IMG/VR virus record: IMGVR_UViG_3300047444_000577
Location: 1 to 64,000 of that record
DNA from: a virus
Direction: 5' to 3' (one strand)
Length of the DNA stretch: 64,000 bases
The notes beneath the pieces are model-generated. The model was not told where the DNA came from, did no database searches, and saw nothing but the letters and a program-made list of their open reading frames with translations. The translations under genes and the position numbers were made by a program. How positions within the stretch are numbered: the first letter of the stretch is position 1; each line of letters opens with the position of its first letter. This document shows, in pieces, positions 62,171 to 64,000 of this stretch.

Positions 62171-63736
62171 TTAGCGGAAGGGAGATCGAGAGACCTCGAC
62201 CTCGGGCAGGGTGAAGTCCTTGGTGAGCACGCATGCCAGCGCGAGGGAGTCGGCGTAGTCGTCGTGGGCGTCGGCCGCCTTAGGTGCTTCGGCCAGGACG
62301 TAGGGGCCCTCGAATTTCTTCTCCAGGTCTTCCATCTGCTGCCTGAACCTTTTGTACGTTTTGAGGCGTCGCGTGTAGGCGTGGGCGGGCCAGGAGAGCA
62401 GCCCTCGGTCCATCAGTTCCATCAGGTGCTTCCAGCGCTTGGACTGCTCGGGTCGCTGGGAGGACAGGGGCACGATGTGTATGTCCGGCATCAGAACCTG
62501 CAGGCGCGAAAGGACGACGTCGCCCACACCGCCCTCGTCGACTCCGACGGCGTAGACGGAGTAGGAGCGCACGAACTCCACGATTCGGAAGTACTGCTCC
62601 TCCCAGGCCATGCCGCCCAGGTCCATCCAGTTCAGCACCCGGTGCTCGTAGTACCCGTACTCGTCGGGCCGGTCCCACCTCACCCACACCGCCGTGACGA
62701 TGGTGGAGTCCTGCTTGCGGGCGGGGTCGATGCCGATGACGACGTGGCTCTTGTGGTAACTCTTCACCGCCTGCATGGACGTGTCGCCGAGTTCGTCCAG
62801 GCGCTCCGAGGTGGTGAACATGCCCTTGTCCAGGAGCCACATGAGCCTGTAGGACAGTTTGAACTCGTCGCTGTCCTCGCCGATGCGCAGAAGTTCCTTG
62901 TTGACGAACTTCTTGTAGTTGGCGTTCCACTTGGAGACCTCGCGCCAGTCGGCGTCGAAGTGGTTCTGGCGGGCCCCGCGCCGGGTGGCAGTGCGCTTGT
63001 TGATCTGGATCTGGTTGTAGAACACGCCCTTCTCGTAAGTGGGCGTGCCGGTGAAGCACATCGTGGCGTTGGTCGAGGCACCCATCGGGCCGATCGACTT
63101 GTTCACCATCTTCTCGTCCGCGCCCTGGCACTCGTCGATCAAGATCAAGTGGTAGGTGCGTCCTTCGATGGTGGCGCGGGGGTGGCACGTCTGCTTGCGC
63201 ACCAGCGAGCCGGAGCGCTTGAGGGACAGCGAGCGGCCCTTGCCCTGGATCGAGTCGTCGATCTCGGGGTCGGCCAGGACTGCCAGGGCGTGCTCACTGG
63301 TCAGTCGGGCCACGATTCGCCCGTAGAGGTTGTCGGCCTGCTCCTCGACCGGCGCGAAGGCTCCGACCCAGAGGCCCTCCTTGTACTTGCCCAGGAGGTC
63401 AGGGAACAGCTTCGCGAGCCGAGGGAACATGATCATGCAGGCGGCGACAACGTTGGCCACCGTCTCGGACTTACCGGACTGGCGGGAGAACAGGGCAGTG
63501 AGAGTGGCCCCGTCGTTGATGATCAGGGACTCGATCAGGCGGGCTGCAAAGGGGCGCTGGTAGCCGTACAGCGGGTGGCCAGAGACCTCATCGACCACGA
63601 GGAGCATCTTGGCCACGAGTTGGTCGACAAAGGCCTGGCTTGTCTCATCGAGGATGACCTCGGTGTCCAGGCGCGCTTGGTGCTCTTCGTCGGTCTCATC
63701 GCTGATGACGTCGTAGTCGTAGTCTTCTGCCTCCAT
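62171..63736 (-). CDS. Terminase large subunit
   Basis: LYGYQ, SRQSGKS, ILIDECQ, TGTP, GIDPA..QDST, HDDYADS. Confidence 0.93.
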   Translation of the reverse strand: MEAEDYDYDVISDETDEEHQARLDTEVILDETSQAFVDQLVAKMLLVVDEVSGHPLYGYQRPFAARLIESLIINDGATLTALFSRQSGKSETVANVVAACMIMFPRLAKLFPDLLGKYKEGLWVGAFAPVEEQADNLYGRIVARLTSEHALAVLADPEIDDSIQGKGRSLSLKRSGSLVRKQTCHPRATIEGRTYHLILIDECQGADEKMVNKSIGPMGASTNATMCFTGTPTYEKGVFYNQIQINKRTATRRGARQNHFDADWREVSKWNANYKKFVNKELLRIGEDSDEFKLSYRLMWLLDKGMFTTSERLDELGDTSMQAVKSYHKSHVVIGIDPARKQDSTIVTAVWVRWDRPDEYGYYEHRVLNWMDLGGMAWEEQYFRIVEFVRSYSVYAVGVDEGGVGDVVLSRLQVLMPDIHIVPLSSQRPEQSKRWKHLMELMDRGLLSWPAHAYTRRLKTYKRFRQQMEDLEKKFEGPYVLAEAPKAADAHDDYADSLALACVLTKDFTLPEVEVSRSPFR

Positions 63737-63813
63737 AACGGAACACGCCCAATCCCAAACCCGGTTTTGCTATCCGGATTCGAGATTAGGCGTATTCAGC
63801 TACCGCTTTGTAA

Positions 63814-63999
63814 TTATCGGTTCTCGGGTCGAACGTCCCGCTCTTTCGCGATCTGTGCGGCGCGCTGCCGGGTGAACCCGAACATCTCCCCCAGGGACGC
63901 GAAGGAGTACTTCCGCGTCAGGTACACCGCGTACATCAACGCATCCCGTGCCTCGGAAGCGCTGGCCGGATAATCGGTGGCGCAGCGGATATCGCAGTA
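63814..63999 (-). CDS. HTH DNA-binding protein, C-terminal part (5' end outside window)
   Basis: Manual translation ...YSFASLGEMFGFTRQRAAQIAKERDVRPENR*. Confidence 0.55.
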   Translation of the reverse strand, partial: YCDIRCATDYPASASEARDALMYAVYLTRKYSFASLGEMFGFTRQRAAQIAKERDVRPENR

Positions 64000-64000
64000 G

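Noticed and set aside
1-64000. tRNA genes, integrase or attachment sites
   Set aside because: None recognised by eye; lifestyle cannot be determined from this window.

Overview
A 64 kb segment of a high-GC, contractile-tailed (myovirus-like) actinobacteriophage genome; the host is probably Streptomyces-like (inferred from WhiB, GC content and promoter type). Essentially all real genes are on the minus strand. In transcription order (right to left) they are: terminase, portal, scaffold, major capsid, neck, tailspike, sheath, tube, chaperone, tape measure, baseplate and holins; then a replication/recombination/nucleotide block (initiator, DnaC-like loader, DnaB, primase, SNF2 helicase, SSB, PolA, class II RNR, RecA, WhiB, Cas4-like nuclease, RNA ligase, ThyX, dNMP kinase, Endo VII); then an accessory block (SpoVS, GH25 endolysin, nucleotidyltransferase, TGT-like protein). 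Main discovery 1: four ORF-less group I introns sit in virion genes, three in the major capsid gene (57935-58204, 57399-57686, 56595-56882) and one in the tail tube gene (49078-49368). Removing them at canonical U|...G boundaries restores intact 328-aa and 183-aa reading frames, so virion production should depend on splicing. Main discovery 2: the octamer GTATGAAG (CUUCAUAC in mRNA) occurs at least 22 times, all in one orientation and mostly embedded as Leu-His-Thr codons. All calls come from manual reading and motif recognition; no database searches were run.
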